64,000 nt of DNA. It comes from Tortispora ganteri (taxonomy: Eukaryota). Below, piece by piece: positions 31,905 through 43,484 of the stretch. Both the position numbers and the translations under genes were made by a program. Location: positions 248,001 to 312,000 of the forward strand of contig PPNB01000002.1 of the NCBI GenBank assembly GCA_003707115.1, in the 5' to 3' direction. The notes below the pieces were generated by a model, which made no database searches, was not told where the DNA came from, and worked only from the letters and a program-made list of their open reading frames with translations. The stretch's first letter is position 1; each line of letters begins with the position of its first letter.

Positions 31905-33407
31905 ATGGATATACAGCCATCTCTTGACTTGATAAAATTACAGCTCAAGCAAAATCCCGATGCGAACACCGCACCCGTGTATGTATCACTCGATGCCGCA
32001 TTTCTTAACCCCATATCAGCATACTTGAAACTCACCCAAGGTGCATCTAAGAAACACTCGTTCTTGCTTCAATCGGCTTACCAGGGTGAATCAATAGGCA
32101 GGTACTCTATGGTAGGCACTTCGCCGCGGAAAGTTATCGCCACTGGCGCCGGATTTGGCGAGGAAGTTGATCCACTAATAGTGCTCGAGAAAGAACTGAA
32201 GGGTTACAAACAGCTCGAAACGCCTGGGATACCTTCACTATCTGGTGGAGCACTAGGATATATTTCCTATGACTGTATAAAGTATTTTGAGCCTAAAACT
32301 GCTCGACCATTGAAAGACAATGTTCATGTGCCGGAGGCATTGTTCATGTTATACGACACCGTTGTAGCGTTTGATCACGTTTATAACAAGATTCTTGTTA
32401 TCACTAATCTCATTCTTACAGAAAATAATTCAAACATTGAAGAACTTTATGAGAATGCCAAGCCAATCCTCAGCGAAGTTGTTTCTATACTCACATCTGA
32501 CTCACCTATCCCGCTTCCTGACCAGCCGCCAATTGAAGCACCAGGCCCAGAGGAACCTGCATACGTTTCGAATATCGGCCAGGAAGGGTACGAGGCGCAT
32601 GTAAAAAACTTGAAGAAGCACATTCACCGCGGCGATATCATCCAAGCGGTGCCTTCCCAGAGACTTTCGAGAAAGACGAACATTCATCCCTTCAACATAT
32701 ACCGAGAGCTTCGTGGCGTGAATCCTTCGCCCTATATGTTTTATATTGACTGCGATGGGTTCCAGCTTGTTGGTGCTAGTCCTGAACTGCTTGTTCAATG
32801 CGATAAAAACTCTAGAATTGTGACACATCCAATCGCTGGTACAGTTCGTCGCGGCAAGACCCCAGAAGAAGACGACGCGTTGGCCCAGGAACTTCGAGAT
32901 TCTCTCAAAGATAGAGCGGAACATATAATGCTTGTCGATTTAGCCAGGAATGACGTCAACCGTGTCTGCGACCCTGCCACGACGACTGTCGACAGGTTGA
33001 TGACAATTGAGCGGTTTTCACACGTTATGCACTTGACTTCTCAAGTCTCTGGTACACTTCGACCGGACAAAACGAGGTTTGATGCTTTCAGATCTATATT
33101 TCCTGCTGGAACAGTATCTGGAGCGCCTAAAGTAAAAGCTATGGAACTGATTGGCGAACTTGAAGGAGAGAGGAGAGGAGTCTACGCAGGAGCGGTGGGC
33201 CACTGGGGGTATGCAAGTACAAGTATGGATACGTGTATAGCATTGAGGACAATGATGGTCAAAGACGGAGTGGTATATTTGCAAGCAGGAGGAGGAATAG
33301 TATACGACTCCGACGAATATGACGAGTACGTGGAGACGCTCAATAAGTTAAAGGCGAATGTACAGACGGTGATTCAAGCCGAGCAAAAGCACATGCAGTC
33401 TGCTTAA
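31905..33407 (+). CDS. TRP2: Anthranilate synthase component I
   Basis: NPSPYMFY, GASPELL, AEHIMLVDLARND, FPAGTVSGAPK, QAGGGIVYDS. Confidence 0.96.
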   Translation: MDIQPSLDLIKLQLKQNPDANTAPVYVSLDAAFLNPISAYLKLTQGASKKHSFLLQSAYQGESIGRYSMVGTSPRKVIATGAGFGEEVDPLIVLEKELKGYKQLETPGIPSLSGGALGYISYDCIKYFEPKTARPLKDNVHVPEALFMLYDTVVAFDHVYNKILVITNLILTENNSNIEELYENAKPILSEVVSILTSDSPIPLPDQPPIEAPGPEEPAYVSNIGQEGYEAHVKNLKKHIHRGDIIQAVPSQRLSRKTNIHPFNIYRELRGVNPSPYMFYIDCDGFQLVGASPELLVQCDKNSRIVTHPIAGTVRRGKTPEEDDALAQELRDSLKDRAEHIMLVDLARNDVNRVCDPATTTVDRLMTIERFSHVMHLTSQVSGTLRPDKTRFDAFRSIFPAGTVSGAPKVKAMELIGELEGERRGVYAGAVGHWGYASTSMDTCIALRTMMVKDGVVYLQAGGGIVYDSDEYDEYVETLNKLKANVQTVIQAEQKHMQSA

Positions 33408-33503
33408 TAAGATGTTGAGATGACTGAAGCGAAGTATTCAGGTTACTTTTTATTATTATTTTGAGAGAAGAAGTAGTGCTACAGTGCTGGTCGAAACTTA
33501 GTC

Positions 33504-34256
33504 CTATGAAATTCTTGGTACTGTCATATCATGTATGATGTTTCCGGAGTCGTCAACAGGACGTAGAACGCCACCGCGATCGTACTGGGCCTTGAAAAAG
33601 GTGTAATGGAGGAGCACGGAGTCTATTCCACGCATATATGGGTCTTTGGTGAAGTCAGGATCAATAAAGAAAAATAGAGGCATATCGACGGTCTCGCCTG
33701 CTAATAGTTGTTGTTCTTCGAAACAGAAACATTGGATTTTAGAGAAGTACTGTGCCACTTGAGGTGGTGTAACTGTATAAGTGGCAACACCGACTATGTT
33801 ATGATCAGATTTATTAGTAGCTTTGTAAAATGCCAAAGCTGTTTCGCCGGGTTTGACTGAAACCATTCGTTGCTCAGGAACAAACTTCCAAGGAAGAGCA
33901 TCAGCGACGCTCGAGGAGAACTGCACTTTGATCCGGCCAGCGTTCTCAACAGGCACCAATTTGTCTGGAGTAATACTTTGTGCTGGTGTAATAGGAGTTC
34001 CAGCCCATCCCATTTGCGAGCATAACATTTTATATAGCGGTACTGAAGCATATGTCAATCCAACTATGAAAATAATACCTGATAGCTGATATATTGCCAT
34101 TTCGATATTCTTATTTTCATTATCTGTATGAATTTTTTGACCTCGGGCTCGTGCTCTTATCGCTTCATATTCTTTCATAGAAATCCATCTTTTTTGATTA
34201 ATTTTGAAAATATTAGCTCTAATGCTTCTATGCGCAAACCTCCATAGTGGCATCAT
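33504..34256 (-). CDS. COX11: Cytochrome c oxidase copper chaperone Cox11
   Basis: YASVPLY, KPGETALAFY, YFSKIQCFCFEEQ. Confidence 0.96.
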   Translation of the reverse strand: MMPLWRFAHRSIRANIFKINQKRWISMKEYEAIRARARGQKIHTDNENKNIEMAIYQLSGIIFIVGLTYASVPLYKMLCSQMGWAGTPITPAQSITPDKLVPVENAGRIKVQFSSSVADALPWKFVPEQRMVSVKPGETALAFYKATNKSDHNIVGVATYTVTPPQVAQYFSKIQCFCFEEQQLLAGETVDMPLFFFIDPDFTKDPYMRGIDSVLLHYTFFKAQYDRGGVLRPVDDSGNIIHDMTVPRIS

Positions 34257-34614
34257 TTCTTAAGTATGGTGGTGTGTCTATGTCCAATATTGGGAATACA
34301 TTACTTTCCTTTTCTATATAACCTCCACCCAAAACGTCTCTTTATGTTGTATCATTATCTCAACAACCAAATATGTTCGGAATAATAATTAATAAAGATC
34401 TGCATTTACGCAGATAATATTTGCATCTAAACCTTTCAATGTCAAAATTCAATCGATAGCGCTAAACCCTTAGTGCATCGTTCTTTAACCATTGGTCTTT
34501 ATCAGACCCTTACGCCCGCGCGGGTGCTTGACGCCGATCCCTGAATATCTTGGTTATTATATTTACTTCGATTTTGTCCATTATATCCCTCTACTTTCTC
34601 TTCTTTCTATAACA

Positions 34615-36009
34615 ATGCAATTTGGATCTATACTGGCTGCATGTCTTGTAGCAACTATTGCAGAAACTCACCAATTGCCACCTCTCAATCCTATCAAAAT
34701 TGAAGGCAGAAACTTTGTCGACTCCATTACTGGCGAACGTTTTATTATTAAAGGCGTTGATTACCAACCTGGTGGCTCTTCTTCCGTTAGAAAGGGAAAT
34801 GATCCGCTCTCGGATCTCGGCAGTTGTATCCGCGACGCGTACATGCTTCAACAGCTAGGCATCAACACCATTCGCGTCTACTCCGTAGACCCCTCTGTTA
34901 ACCACGACGAATGTATGTCCCTATTTGCAGCAGCAGGTATTTATCTTCTTCTTGATGTCAATACTCCTCTCGCCAATCAGCACATACATCGCTATGAACC
35001 CTGGACTACCTACACCAAAAACTACCTTAACCATGTCTTCTCTGTTATTGAAGCTTTCGCCGGCTACCCTAATACTTTAGGTTTCTTTGCCGGAAATGAA
35101 GTCATTAATGACTACGACTCTGGACAGGTCGCCCCGGCCTATATGAAAGCAATCGTTCGCGATATGAAACAGTATATCGCTAATCACATTCACCGCCCTA
35201 TCCCCGTAGGATACTCTGCCGCTGATGATCTGCTGTTCCGTCGCTCGCTACCAAAATATCTTTCATGCGGTTCTGAATTTGAGGCTATTGATTTCTTTGG
35301 CGTCAATTCGTACCAATGGTGCGGCAGACAGTCTATGGAATCTAGCGGCTACACCCAGCTTCTTCAAGACTTCAACAATACCTCTGTGCCCGTCTTCTTT
35401 TCTGAATACGGATGCAATAATGTACAACCCCGCGTTTTCCAGGAGGTTGAAGCTATCTATTCCAGTCCCATGTCAGATGTGTTCTCCGGAGGACTAGTCT
35501 ACGAATACACAGAAGAGAGCAATCACTATGGCCTGTTGCAGATGGTGGGAGGCGGCGCGCTTAGAGAGTTGCCAGATTTTAAGAGACTCCAAATTCAACT
35601 TAATAAAGTCAAAGATTTGAGTTTCCCTCTGATCAAAGATACTACCGAGCGAGAAGTCGAATGCGAAATACCTGATGATGACTCCATTAATACGTTTGCT
35701 TTTGTGCCCTACACACAGAATGCTGCTGCCATTAAGAACGGTGTCAAGGGATTTAGCAAAGGCAAGCTTATTGAACCAAGTACATTCACAAGCAGTATTG
35801 GATTGTATAACGTGCGTGGCGAGCCTATAAAGGACTGGAGAGTCGCACAAACTCACAGATTGGATCTAACTCCAGTTCAGGCTTCAGCTGAAGGTTATAA
35901 CCCAGGACAGAGCCCTGCTGAAGGGCCTAGCTCTGCAAGTTCAACAAGATTCAGTTTCAGATTGATGCATTGCGTACTTTCTTGCATGATCTGCTACCTG
36001 CTACTCTGA
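34615..36009 (+). CDS. GAS4: GH72 beta-1,3-glucanosyltransferase, Gas4-like (no Cys-box), probably GPI-anchored
   Basis: Signal peptide from ATG 34615, KGVDYQPGG, GNEVIND, FFSEYGCN, SGGLVYEY, hydrophobic C-terminus. RYEPWTTY suggests the Gas4 subgroup. Confidence 0.8.
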   Translation: MQFGSILAACLVATIAETHQLPPLNPIKIEGRNFVDSITGERFIIKGVDYQPGGSSSVRKGNDPLSDLGSCIRDAYMLQQLGINTIRVYSVDPSVNHDECMSLFAAAGIYLLLDVNTPLANQHIHRYEPWTTYTKNYLNHVFSVIEAFAGYPNTLGFFAGNEVINDYDSGQVAPAYMKAIVRDMKQYIANHIHRPIPVGYSAADDLLFRRSLPKYLSCGSEFEAIDFFGVNSYQWCGRQSMESSGYTQLLQDFNNTSVPVFFSEYGCNNVQPRVFQEVEAIYSSPMSDVFSGGLVYEYTEESNHYGLLQMVGGGALRELPDFKRLQIQLNKVKDLSFPLIKDTTEREVECEIPDDDSINTFAFVPYTQNAAAIKNGVKGFSKGKLIEPSTFTSSIGLYNVRGEPIKDWRVAQTHRLDLTPVQASAEGYNPGQSPAEGPSSASSTRFSFRLMHCVLSCMICYLLL

Positions 36010-36752
36010 CCGTAAACACCTCGAGATCACCGGACTGTATGTATCGCTGCATGAACTCAAGTTTATTTAGCCGCAAATGTTGCTAGTACGAACTTGCTTA
36101 GTTCGCTGTTTTCTCCCAGTTAAGCGATTGACGGTGAAACGAAGGCTGCTGTTTTTTCTGCATTAGCTATTATCATTACTATTATATAGATTTAATGTGC
36201 AAAAGTTTGCTGTGAATATATTATTTGTGTATTTATGATTTTTTTTGAATGTCTGAGAATAACAAGAATTTATCGCATGAACTTTTAACGGAGAATTTCC
36301 TAAATAGGGAGGTTCACCTTGCCTTGAGCTTGTTTGGTATATATAACCTTAAAATTGTATCAAATTACATACATACCAAAGTGATCGTTAGCGTGCACTT
36401 TCTTGGTATTAAAATTAGTGCATTTTTTTTATAGATAGTGTCTTACTGTTTTTTTATTTATTTATTTACTATAAACAGAAGAATAGATACACGAATTGAT
36501 AATAGATTAGTGGACGTTTTTTATTGCGCATACTTGACTTACATTTAACTGCGTTCTCCCATAGATAACGCAGGGGAACCCTTGTTTTTTCTTTCCTTTT
36601 AGAGATCTGCTTAAATTTGCTTTCTACAAAGGCGATCGAAAATTATAAAGAAGAAAAATCCTGGAGGGTCAATGCAATTCTCGACCCTGACATTGTTCTA
36701 ATCTTGATAAAAAGCGAACTCTTCTTTAAGTTATATTTATTACTAAACTGAT

Positions 36753-36770
36753 CACACACACACACACACA
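36753..36770. repeat. (CA)9 microsatellite
   Basis: Seen directly, about 20 bp upstream of the HECT ligase ATG. Confidence 0.9.
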
Positions 36771-36790
36771 ACTATACACTTTTGAAAGTA

Positions 36791-39169
36791 ATGCCTTCCT
36801 GGAGAAATCTCGATATCCTATTTGCATTCAATCGCAGGCGGCCTAGATCGCCATATAATGACGATAGCAGCGTGAGCGATCTAGCATTAGATTACGAGAC
36901 TAACCAGTACATATCCGGTCTGGTCCCTGAAGATCTCAATGTTTCAAATTCAAAATTGCAAAAGGGATCCTCTACCGCCTCTGATGAGCCTGAAGCCGCT
37001 ATTATTGCCAGCCCATCTATAGGTTTTAGTTGCCCCTGCTGTCTTTCTATTATTTCTGAGCCGCAAAAATGCCTGATTTGTGATACTATTTTTATCTCCT
37101 ATAAGGACATGTGGGAACTGCCGGCCAGTTCGCCGGCAATTAAATTGCGCGATATAGTCGATATTCTGGCTATGGGATCTATGACTGCGCTTAATTCTGT
37201 TGTTAATGATCTCTTTAGCCGCCATTGCATTCTTAATGAGGCCTTCAATACCGGCTTGGGCATTCGATACTCTAGCCCTGGAATTGATTATACCGTCCTA
37301 CGCCGATTATATTGCACTATATGCTCCTCCAAGTCTTCCAAGCTAATCAACAAACTTTTGCATTCAATTAGACGCCTTCTCAAAACAATTTCTGTTACTA
37401 TGGATCCTAGCAAGCTTCTATGGTTAATGGCGATTTTTGAATGTCCATTGATTTGGAATTGCAACTACACTAACCGCGTTATTAAGTCTATTCATAAGCG
37501 TCTTTTTGGTATAATGAGCAACTTATCTGACGAATGTCAAATATACTTAGTAAACTGGTTTGCTCGTCTGCCTGTTGCCGAGTTTGCAGCACGGATCGAC
37601 CAAATGAATACTTTGATTATCCAGCGCATAAATTCTTACGCATCAGTCGACAATAATGAAGCATCTGAATCTACTGTTTTCAAACCTGCAACTCTATCGG
37701 ATTATGCAGATGATTGGCAACTTCGATCATTTTGCAAAGTATTGTCCCTTTTTTTTGCAGCTAATGTGCAAAAACCGCAGGTTCATGTATCACATTTTTA
37801 CAACCTAGGCATAGATCAGGTTGATTTACGCCCAGATTTTAATGCATGGTCTAAGAAAGCTCGCGGAAATAAAGGAAAGTCTCTTGCTGTCTCGACCAGA
37901 GATACTTTATTCTCGAAAAAGCCATATAGTGCAGTGGAAGATGCCAAAATGCTTATTTGTAATTTCCCCTTTTTGCTCTCCATAGGATCAAAGTCTTCTC
38001 TTATTGAACATGACGCACATCGACAAATGAGGATTTTAGCACAGAATGCATTTTTCTCAAGTCTAGAACGGCATTTACCTATCAGCGGTTCTACAAACAT
38101 CAAAGTGCGCCGCAGCTGCATTACCGAGGATTCGCTAAGGCAACTAAGTACTGTTGATGCAGACCTGAAAATGGGCATTACAGTTACCTTCGATGGTGAG
38201 GAAGGAATTGATGCTGGAGGTCTGAAAAAGGAATGGTTCACTTTACTGACGCAGCAGGTGTTTGACCCTTTGAATGGAATGTTTGTTTTGTCTCAGGGGA
38301 AGGATTATTACTGGTTCAACTCATGTAGCTTTGAGTCCGCTGACCAATATTACCTTGTTGGAGAAGTTTTGGGGCTTGCGATATACAACTCGGCTATTCT
38401 GGATATTCCATTGGCTCCCGCAATCTACAAGAAATTGCTGGGAATCTCGTGCACGCTTTCAGACCTTTCTGTGATCGACCCAGAACTTGCCGATGGACTG
38501 AAGAAACTGCTTAAGATGCCGAAAGAAACTGTTGAAGACGTTTATTGTCGCAACTTTACCATTGAAGAGGAAATGTATGGCGAGATCAAAACTGTTGAAC
38601 TAATAACTAACGGCAAGAACACCCCATTGACGGGAAACAACAGGCATCTTTTTGTGAATGCCTACGTTGAATACCTTCTTGAGACTCGAATTGCTAGACA
38701 GTTTGAGCCGTTTAAATGTGGATTTTATAAATTTCTCGACTCTGCTGTCTTAAAGCTTTTTCGACCACAGGAAATCGAGCTCTTAATATGTGGATCTGCA
38801 GAAGAATGGGATACATCTGCGTTGCAAGCCATTACGGAGTATGCGAACTGGAATTGTTCGAAACCCTCAGAGACAGTTTCGGTTATCAAATGGCTCTGGG
38901 AAATTGTGGACGAGTTTGAGTCCGAACAGCGCAAACAATTTATGAGTTTTGTAACTGGCTCTGATAGGCTACCTATTGGTGGTGTGAGTTCTTTGCGGTT
39001 TAAGGTGGTTCAGCTTGCCGATGTAGCAGGATACGGCGACAGTGAGAGATTTCCAGTCGCGCGCACGTGCTTTAACCAGCTAGGTCTATATGCTTATGCG
39101 ACGAAAGAGAAACTGAAGTCTAAGCTAACTACGGCTATTGGTGGGTGCGAAGGATTTGATATGGAATAG
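36791..39169 (+). CDS. HUL4: HECT E3 ubiquitin ligase, Hul4/HECTD2-like
   Basis: GEEGIDAGGLKKEWF, GLAIYNS, FVTGSDRLP, catalytic PVARTCFNQL; N-terminal Y.DDWQLR segment. Confidence 0.78.
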   Translation: MPSWRNLDILFAFNRRRPRSPYNDDSSVSDLALDYETNQYISGLVPEDLNVSNSKLQKGSSTASDEPEAAIIASPSIGFSCPCCLSIISEPQKCLICDTIFISYKDMWELPASSPAIKLRDIVDILAMGSMTALNSVVNDLFSRHCILNEAFNTGLGIRYSSPGIDYTVLRRLYCTICSSKSSKLINKLLHSIRRLLKTISVTMDPSKLLWLMAIFECPLIWNCNYTNRVIKSIHKRLFGIMSNLSDECQIYLVNWFARLPVAEFAARIDQMNTLIIQRINSYASVDNNEASESTVFKPATLSDYADDWQLRSFCKVLSLFFAANVQKPQVHVSHFYNLGIDQVDLRPDFNAWSKKARGNKGKSLAVSTRDTLFSKKPYSAVEDAKMLICNFPFLLSIGSKSSLIEHDAHRQMRILAQNAFFSSLERHLPISGSTNIKVRRSCITEDSLRQLSTVDADLKMGITVTFDGEEGIDAGGLKKEWFTLLTQQVFDPLNGMFVLSQGKDYYWFNSCSFESADQYYLVGEVLGLAIYNSAILDIPLAPAIYKKLLGISCTLSDLSVIDPELADGLKKLLKMPKETVEDVYCRNFTIEEEMYGEIKTVELITNGKNTPLTGNNRHLFVNAYVEYLLETRIARQFEPFKCGFYKFLDSAVLKLFRPQEIELLICGSAEEWDTSALQAITEYANWNCSKPSETVSVIKWLWEIVDEFESEQRKQFMSFVTGSDRLPIGGVSSLRFKVVQLADVAGYGDSERFPVARTCFNQLGLYAYATKEKLKSKLTTAIGGCEGFDME

Positions 39170-39259
39170 GTATTGGCTGGGAAAATGTTCGGGTACAAGG
39201 AATGATGCATAAAAGGTAGAGGCGTATAATAGAGTAGCCATTATATAGTAAAGAGAGGA

Positions 39260-40183
39260 TTAAGCAGAGACGTTTAGTGCCTTTATGAAGGATCTGACAT
39301 GTTGTTGTGAGTCGAGCAGAATTTTTGAAACCTGGTCCGAGCGGCACACTCTTCGTCTGTCGGAACCGGAGCCTGGAAGTAGGACCGTTCCCTGACCTAA
39401 ACGGACAATTTCTGAGTGAAGTATGACACCTTCTTCAGAGACAATAGCGATCAGTCCTGAGTCACAGACAGCTTGCTCTAAGCTTGTGGGATCGAGCAAG
39501 ATGTTAGAACCGCAAATGGCATAGAGTATTAAAAGAGGAGGAGACCATTCTGAACACAGAGGCCGACTATTAGACCAATCAGAATCAAATACTGGTATTT
39601 GCGGATTATTTATGATAGCTTGTCGATCTTCATTTGTGAAATAAGATAAGTCTGACTGAGTAGCGTCTAGTGTAGGGAGTTTTGCTGATTTCAAGGCAGA
39701 ATAGGCGGCAAACGAGCACAGATGGACGGGAAGTTTACTTAATGGAGGCAGCGAATCAAAAATTACGTCGCCTGAAATGTTTATAGCGATATCCAAATAC
39801 AATGTGAAAGCATGATGTGGACCTATGCGAAGGGCAGAGAATGGGATCGATGATAGTAGTGCTTGTCTTAGGAGATTTGCTAGAGTATTAGCACCGTGTG
39901 AAATATCAGCAGATTGAGATATATCGGAGTCAGGAGGTGGTATAACAGATACAATTATTTGTGGAATGCCATCAGTGTTAGATGTGCATTGCGCTTTGAC
40001 TACAGCTGTTACTTCTGCGCCGTCTGCGTGTCGAGAGACAGTAGCCGATCCAAAACCGGACTCAACTACATCTAGCTGTAAACTCACATTCATACACTGT
40101 GAAGGTAATCGACCATCAGGTCGAACAGGTTCATCTAGCCGTAGACTAGATGATAAGTACGAAAGTTCAGGTGCCGAAAGCAT
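39260..40183 (-). CDS. RRP42: Exosome RNase PH-like subunit Rrp42
   Basis: LSAPELSYL..SL...VRPDGRLP.Q N-terminus, LYLD, LLDPTSLEQAV. Confidence 0.75.
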   Translation of the reverse strand: MLSAPELSYLSSSLRLDEPVRPDGRLPSQCMNVSLQLDVVESGFGSATVSRHADGAEVTAVVKAQCTSNTDGIPQIIVSVIPPPDSDISQSADISHGANTLANLLRQALLSSIPFSALRIGPHHAFTLYLDIAINISGDVIFDSLPPLSKLPVHLCSFAAYSALKSAKLPTLDATQSDLSYFTNEDRQAIINNPQIPVFDSDWSNSRPLCSEWSPPLLILYAICGSNILLDPTSLEQAVCDSGLIAIVSEEGVILHSEIVRLGQGTVLLPGSGSDRRRVCRSDQVSKILLDSQQHVRSFIKALNVSA

Positions 40184-40564
40184 TCTAGTTGATAATCATG
40201 TAGTGGGCAGAGGAAAAAATAGCGTTAAGGTATATGGTATGTCACGTGCACCTGAAGATGATGGGAGCACTAACGAGTTCCCCGAGAAGGGTTACAGGAA
40301 TATATGAGCATATACAGGAACTTTCAAGCAGCTTTACCACTAAACAAGAGGCTACGCGTTGTTAAAGAACTTAGATAAGTGGCATAATAAGATACGGGCT
40401 GCTATAGAGATAAAGAATTTGATTCATTCCTCGGGTGTTGCGAATCGAACAGCTAGATGCGGCAGAGATCGACCTCTTTAGTCGATGACGACACTATTTA
40501 GGCGAGCAAACACCTGTCAGAGAAGAAAAAACAAAAAAATAAAAGAAAAGCGTAATATTTACAT

Positions 40565-40891
40565 TTAAGCAGTAGCCTCCTTGAGGTAAGTGATAAGATC
40601 GTTGCGATCCTTTTCCTTTTTGAGACCACCGAAGGCCATCTTGGTACCGGGGATGTATTTCTTGGGGTTCAAAAGGTACTCAAAGAGAGTCTCTTCGGTC
40701 CAGGTAACACCCTTGCGCTTATTGGCATCAGTGTAAGAGAAACCTTCAGCCTGGCCAGATTGACGGCCCATGACACCGTGGAGGTTAGGACCGACTTTGT
40801 TAGGTCCACCAGCTTCGGTGGTATGGCATTGAGCGCATCTAGTTTTGAAAAGGTTTGCACCTTTCTTGGCGTCACCAGCAGAATAGCCCAT
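40565..40891 (-). CDS. CYC1: Cytochrome c
   Basis: CAQCH heme-binding motif, [11 protein letters not shown]. Confidence 0.99.
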   Translation of the reverse strand: MGYSAGDAKKGANLFKTRCAQCHTTEAGGPNKVGPNLHGVMGRQSGQAEGFSYTDANKRKGVTWTEETLFEYLLNPKKYIPGTKMAFGGLKKEKDRNDLITYLKEATA

Positions 40892-41625
40892 GTTGTATTA
40901 TATTAGGAGTTCCAAAAATGAAAATAAAGGAATAAAGGACAAGCTTTTGTAGTCTATAAGAAGCACAAATTACAAGAATGTAAATTGAAAGAGTAAAAAG
41001 ATAAATTACACTGTAGCGTATATATAGTTGCAGTAGGGCGATGTCCCAAATGAGTGCGGGAATATACGGTTCGTAAGCCAATTAATCGCTCTCTTATTGG
41101 TCAGTAGTATTTAAAGTTTTAGGATTTTTCAGCCTTTTTTAACGGACCATTTTGGGTCTAAGCGTAACTTCATATTCGAGACAGGCGCTGCTTTGAGCAA
41201 CACAGAGTCAATCGCAACATTTACTTGTATCGATATCGCTCGTTCTGAGTCGATATATTACGAGTATGCTATTGAGATTTTAATACTGAAGTTGTCAGTC
41301 ATTGCGCCTAGATCAATATATCCTCTGCATCATGCCGCGGTCCTACAGTCACTAGTATTTCTTGTGCTCTTAACTGTCTGACCCCCGTGATCTAACGTGA
41401 CTTCACGAGTGGATTACATGTAAATTTGCTCTATGCATTTTTTGAATTGCTATGTTCTTTGTAGCAGCGTATTTAGACTGATTTCGGGTACCATTTAGCT
41501 AGCTGTCTATATATGGTTGGTGGATGATGCCCGATGGGGATAACCTCATCATATTGTCTCGTAGCAACCACTCCCCCTTCACCCACCATCACCCGCACAA
41601 CGGAGTGACCTTTCTACTACGACAA

Positions 41626-42378
41626 ATGGCTGCAGACAGATACTCCTTTTCGCTCACGACTTTTTCGCCTACAGGGAAACTTGGTCAGATTGAATACGCG
41701 TTACAGGCGGCGAACCAGGGTGTCACAGCTCTTGGAATAAAGGCGCAAAATGGCGTGGTCCTCGCCGCGGAGAAAAAAGCAAGTTCCACTCTCGCTGAAC
41801 CTGACACTGAAAAAATCGCTACAATTACACCAAATATCGGAATGACATATGCTGGTATGGGTCCAGATTTTCGTGTAGTCGCCACTCGTGCACGTAAAGT
41901 GGCGCATACTCAATATAAACGTATCTATAACGAATATCCGCCGCCTAAAATACTAGTTCAAGACGTCGCCAAGGTCATGCAGAATGCGACACAGAGTGGT
42001 GGTGTACGTCCATACGGAATGTCTTTGCTGGTAGCCGGCGTAGACGATCGCGATGGATTTCAGCTCTACCAAATTGACCCCTCAGGTACATACTTTCCTT
42101 GGAAAGCCACAGCGATCGGCAAAGGCTCTGTGTCGGCAAAGACCTTCCTCGAGAAGCGTTGGTCCGAAGATCTCGAGCTTGAAGATGCAATTCATATCGC
42201 ACTCCTGACACTCAAGGAATCAGTAGATGGTGATATAAATGCTGACTCCGTAGAGATTGCAATTGCGGGACCTCCATCTGATCATCTCCTCGGATTCACA
42301 GGCGTGGAAGGTGCAGTCGGCCCGAGATTTCGCATTCTGACTGCAGATGAAATTACTGACAGACTAGACGGCCTCTAA
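41626..42378 (+). CDS. PRE8: 20S proteasome alpha-2 subunit
   Basis: DRYSFSLTTFSPTGKLGQIEYAL, TQSGGVRPYG. Real start is ATG 41626. Confidence 0.95.
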   Translation: MAADRYSFSLTTFSPTGKLGQIEYALQAANQGVTALGIKAQNGVVLAAEKKASSTLAEPDTEKIATITPNIGMTYAGMGPDFRVVATRARKVAHTQYKRIYNEYPPPKILVQDVAKVMQNATQSGGVRPYGMSLLVAGVDDRDGFQLYQIDPSGTYFPWKATAIGKGSVSAKTFLEKRWSEDLELEDAIHIALLTLKESVDGDINADSVEIAIAGPPSDHLLGFTGVEGAVGPRFRILTADEITDRLDGL

Positions 42379-42584
42379 TTGCACTCTGTACCTAGAGCTC
42401 CTTTGTGGTTCTCTGTGTTTCCCTGATTACTCAGCAGTCTACTTTCTTCGCCTCCCAATCGCGCCTCTTAATCTCCGTCTCCCAACTTCTCGAACTCTCT
42501 TTGCGCCTTCCAGCTATAAATATCGCCTGGAGAATTCATGCTACAACAACTACTGATCCTCACCTCATAATTCCTCTTTTAGTA

Positions 42585-43484
42585 ATGGATTTAACGATAA
42601 AACATTTAAAATCTTCGTTCAAGATCAATGTGCCAGCGGGCTCTACGTTTGACGATTTAGGCGATCAAATAGAAAAAACCATCGCAGTTCCCAAATCAAA
42701 TCAACGTCTTATAGCAGGCGGGAAGTATATAAAAGACTTTACACAACAGATAGATTCATCTGTTCGCTCTATTACAGTGATAGCAACTGCAAATACTGAT
42801 GTAGATGCCGTGAATAAAGCACTGGAGAATGTTGCCAACATTGAACAACGATACGAAAATCAACGTAAAGCTGCTCGATCCGCCAATCGTACCGTACCTA
42901 CACGGGGCCACATGTCCCAGTATACATTTGGCAAAATAGAAGTTCTCAACTTACCTAATAAAGAAGATGCATATGCATTATTGGATAAACTACGAAACGA
43001 TCGCGGTGTTCTAGCTGTTATGGAACGTTACAAATGGTTTGTCCCGGTCTTAGCAGAGATGGATCCTGCCTCAAATACAACTCACGAGTCTCGCACATTA
43101 GGACTAAATCAAAACAAGGGACAAAAAATTCTGCTCAGAATTCGTACCGATTGGTATGAAGGATTTTGCAACTACAAGGCAATTCGCAACACCTTGTGTC
43201 ACGAGTTAGCTCACAATGTACATTCTGAACACGACGCGGCATTCTGGAGTCTTACACACACACTTGAAAAGCTAGTTGTGGATCTAGATCCCTATGGAAG
43301 TGCAGGAAGAATTCTCTCTGGGGAGAGTGTTACTCGGAATGCAATACCCGAACAACTGGTATCGAGATCGAGTTCAGCTTCTCCGCACGTCGGACATGTG
43401 TTAGGTTCAAAGAGTTCCGACAAGGTCTCCGATACGGCACGAGATCGTACCAGAAAAGCTGCTGAATCTCGGAGAGGGTTCTAA
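42585..43484 (+). CDS. Ubiquitin-like + WLM (Wss1-like) metalloprotease fusion
   Basis: N-terminal UBL (VPKSNQRLI), LGLNQNKGQKILLRIRTD, zinc motif HELAHNVH..H. Confidence 0.85.
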   Translation: MDLTIKHLKSSFKINVPAGSTFDDLGDQIEKTIAVPKSNQRLIAGGKYIKDFTQQIDSSVRSITVIATANTDVDAVNKALENVANIEQRYENQRKAARSANRTVPTRGHMSQYTFGKIEVLNLPNKEDAYALLDKLRNDRGVLAVMERYKWFVPVLAEMDPASNTTHESRTLGLNQNKGQKILLRIRTDWYEGFCNYKAIRNTLCHELAHNVHSEHDAAFWSLTHTLEKLVVDLDPYGSAGRILSGESVTRNAIPEQLVSRSSSASPHVGHVLGSKSSDKVSDTARDRTRKAAESRRGF

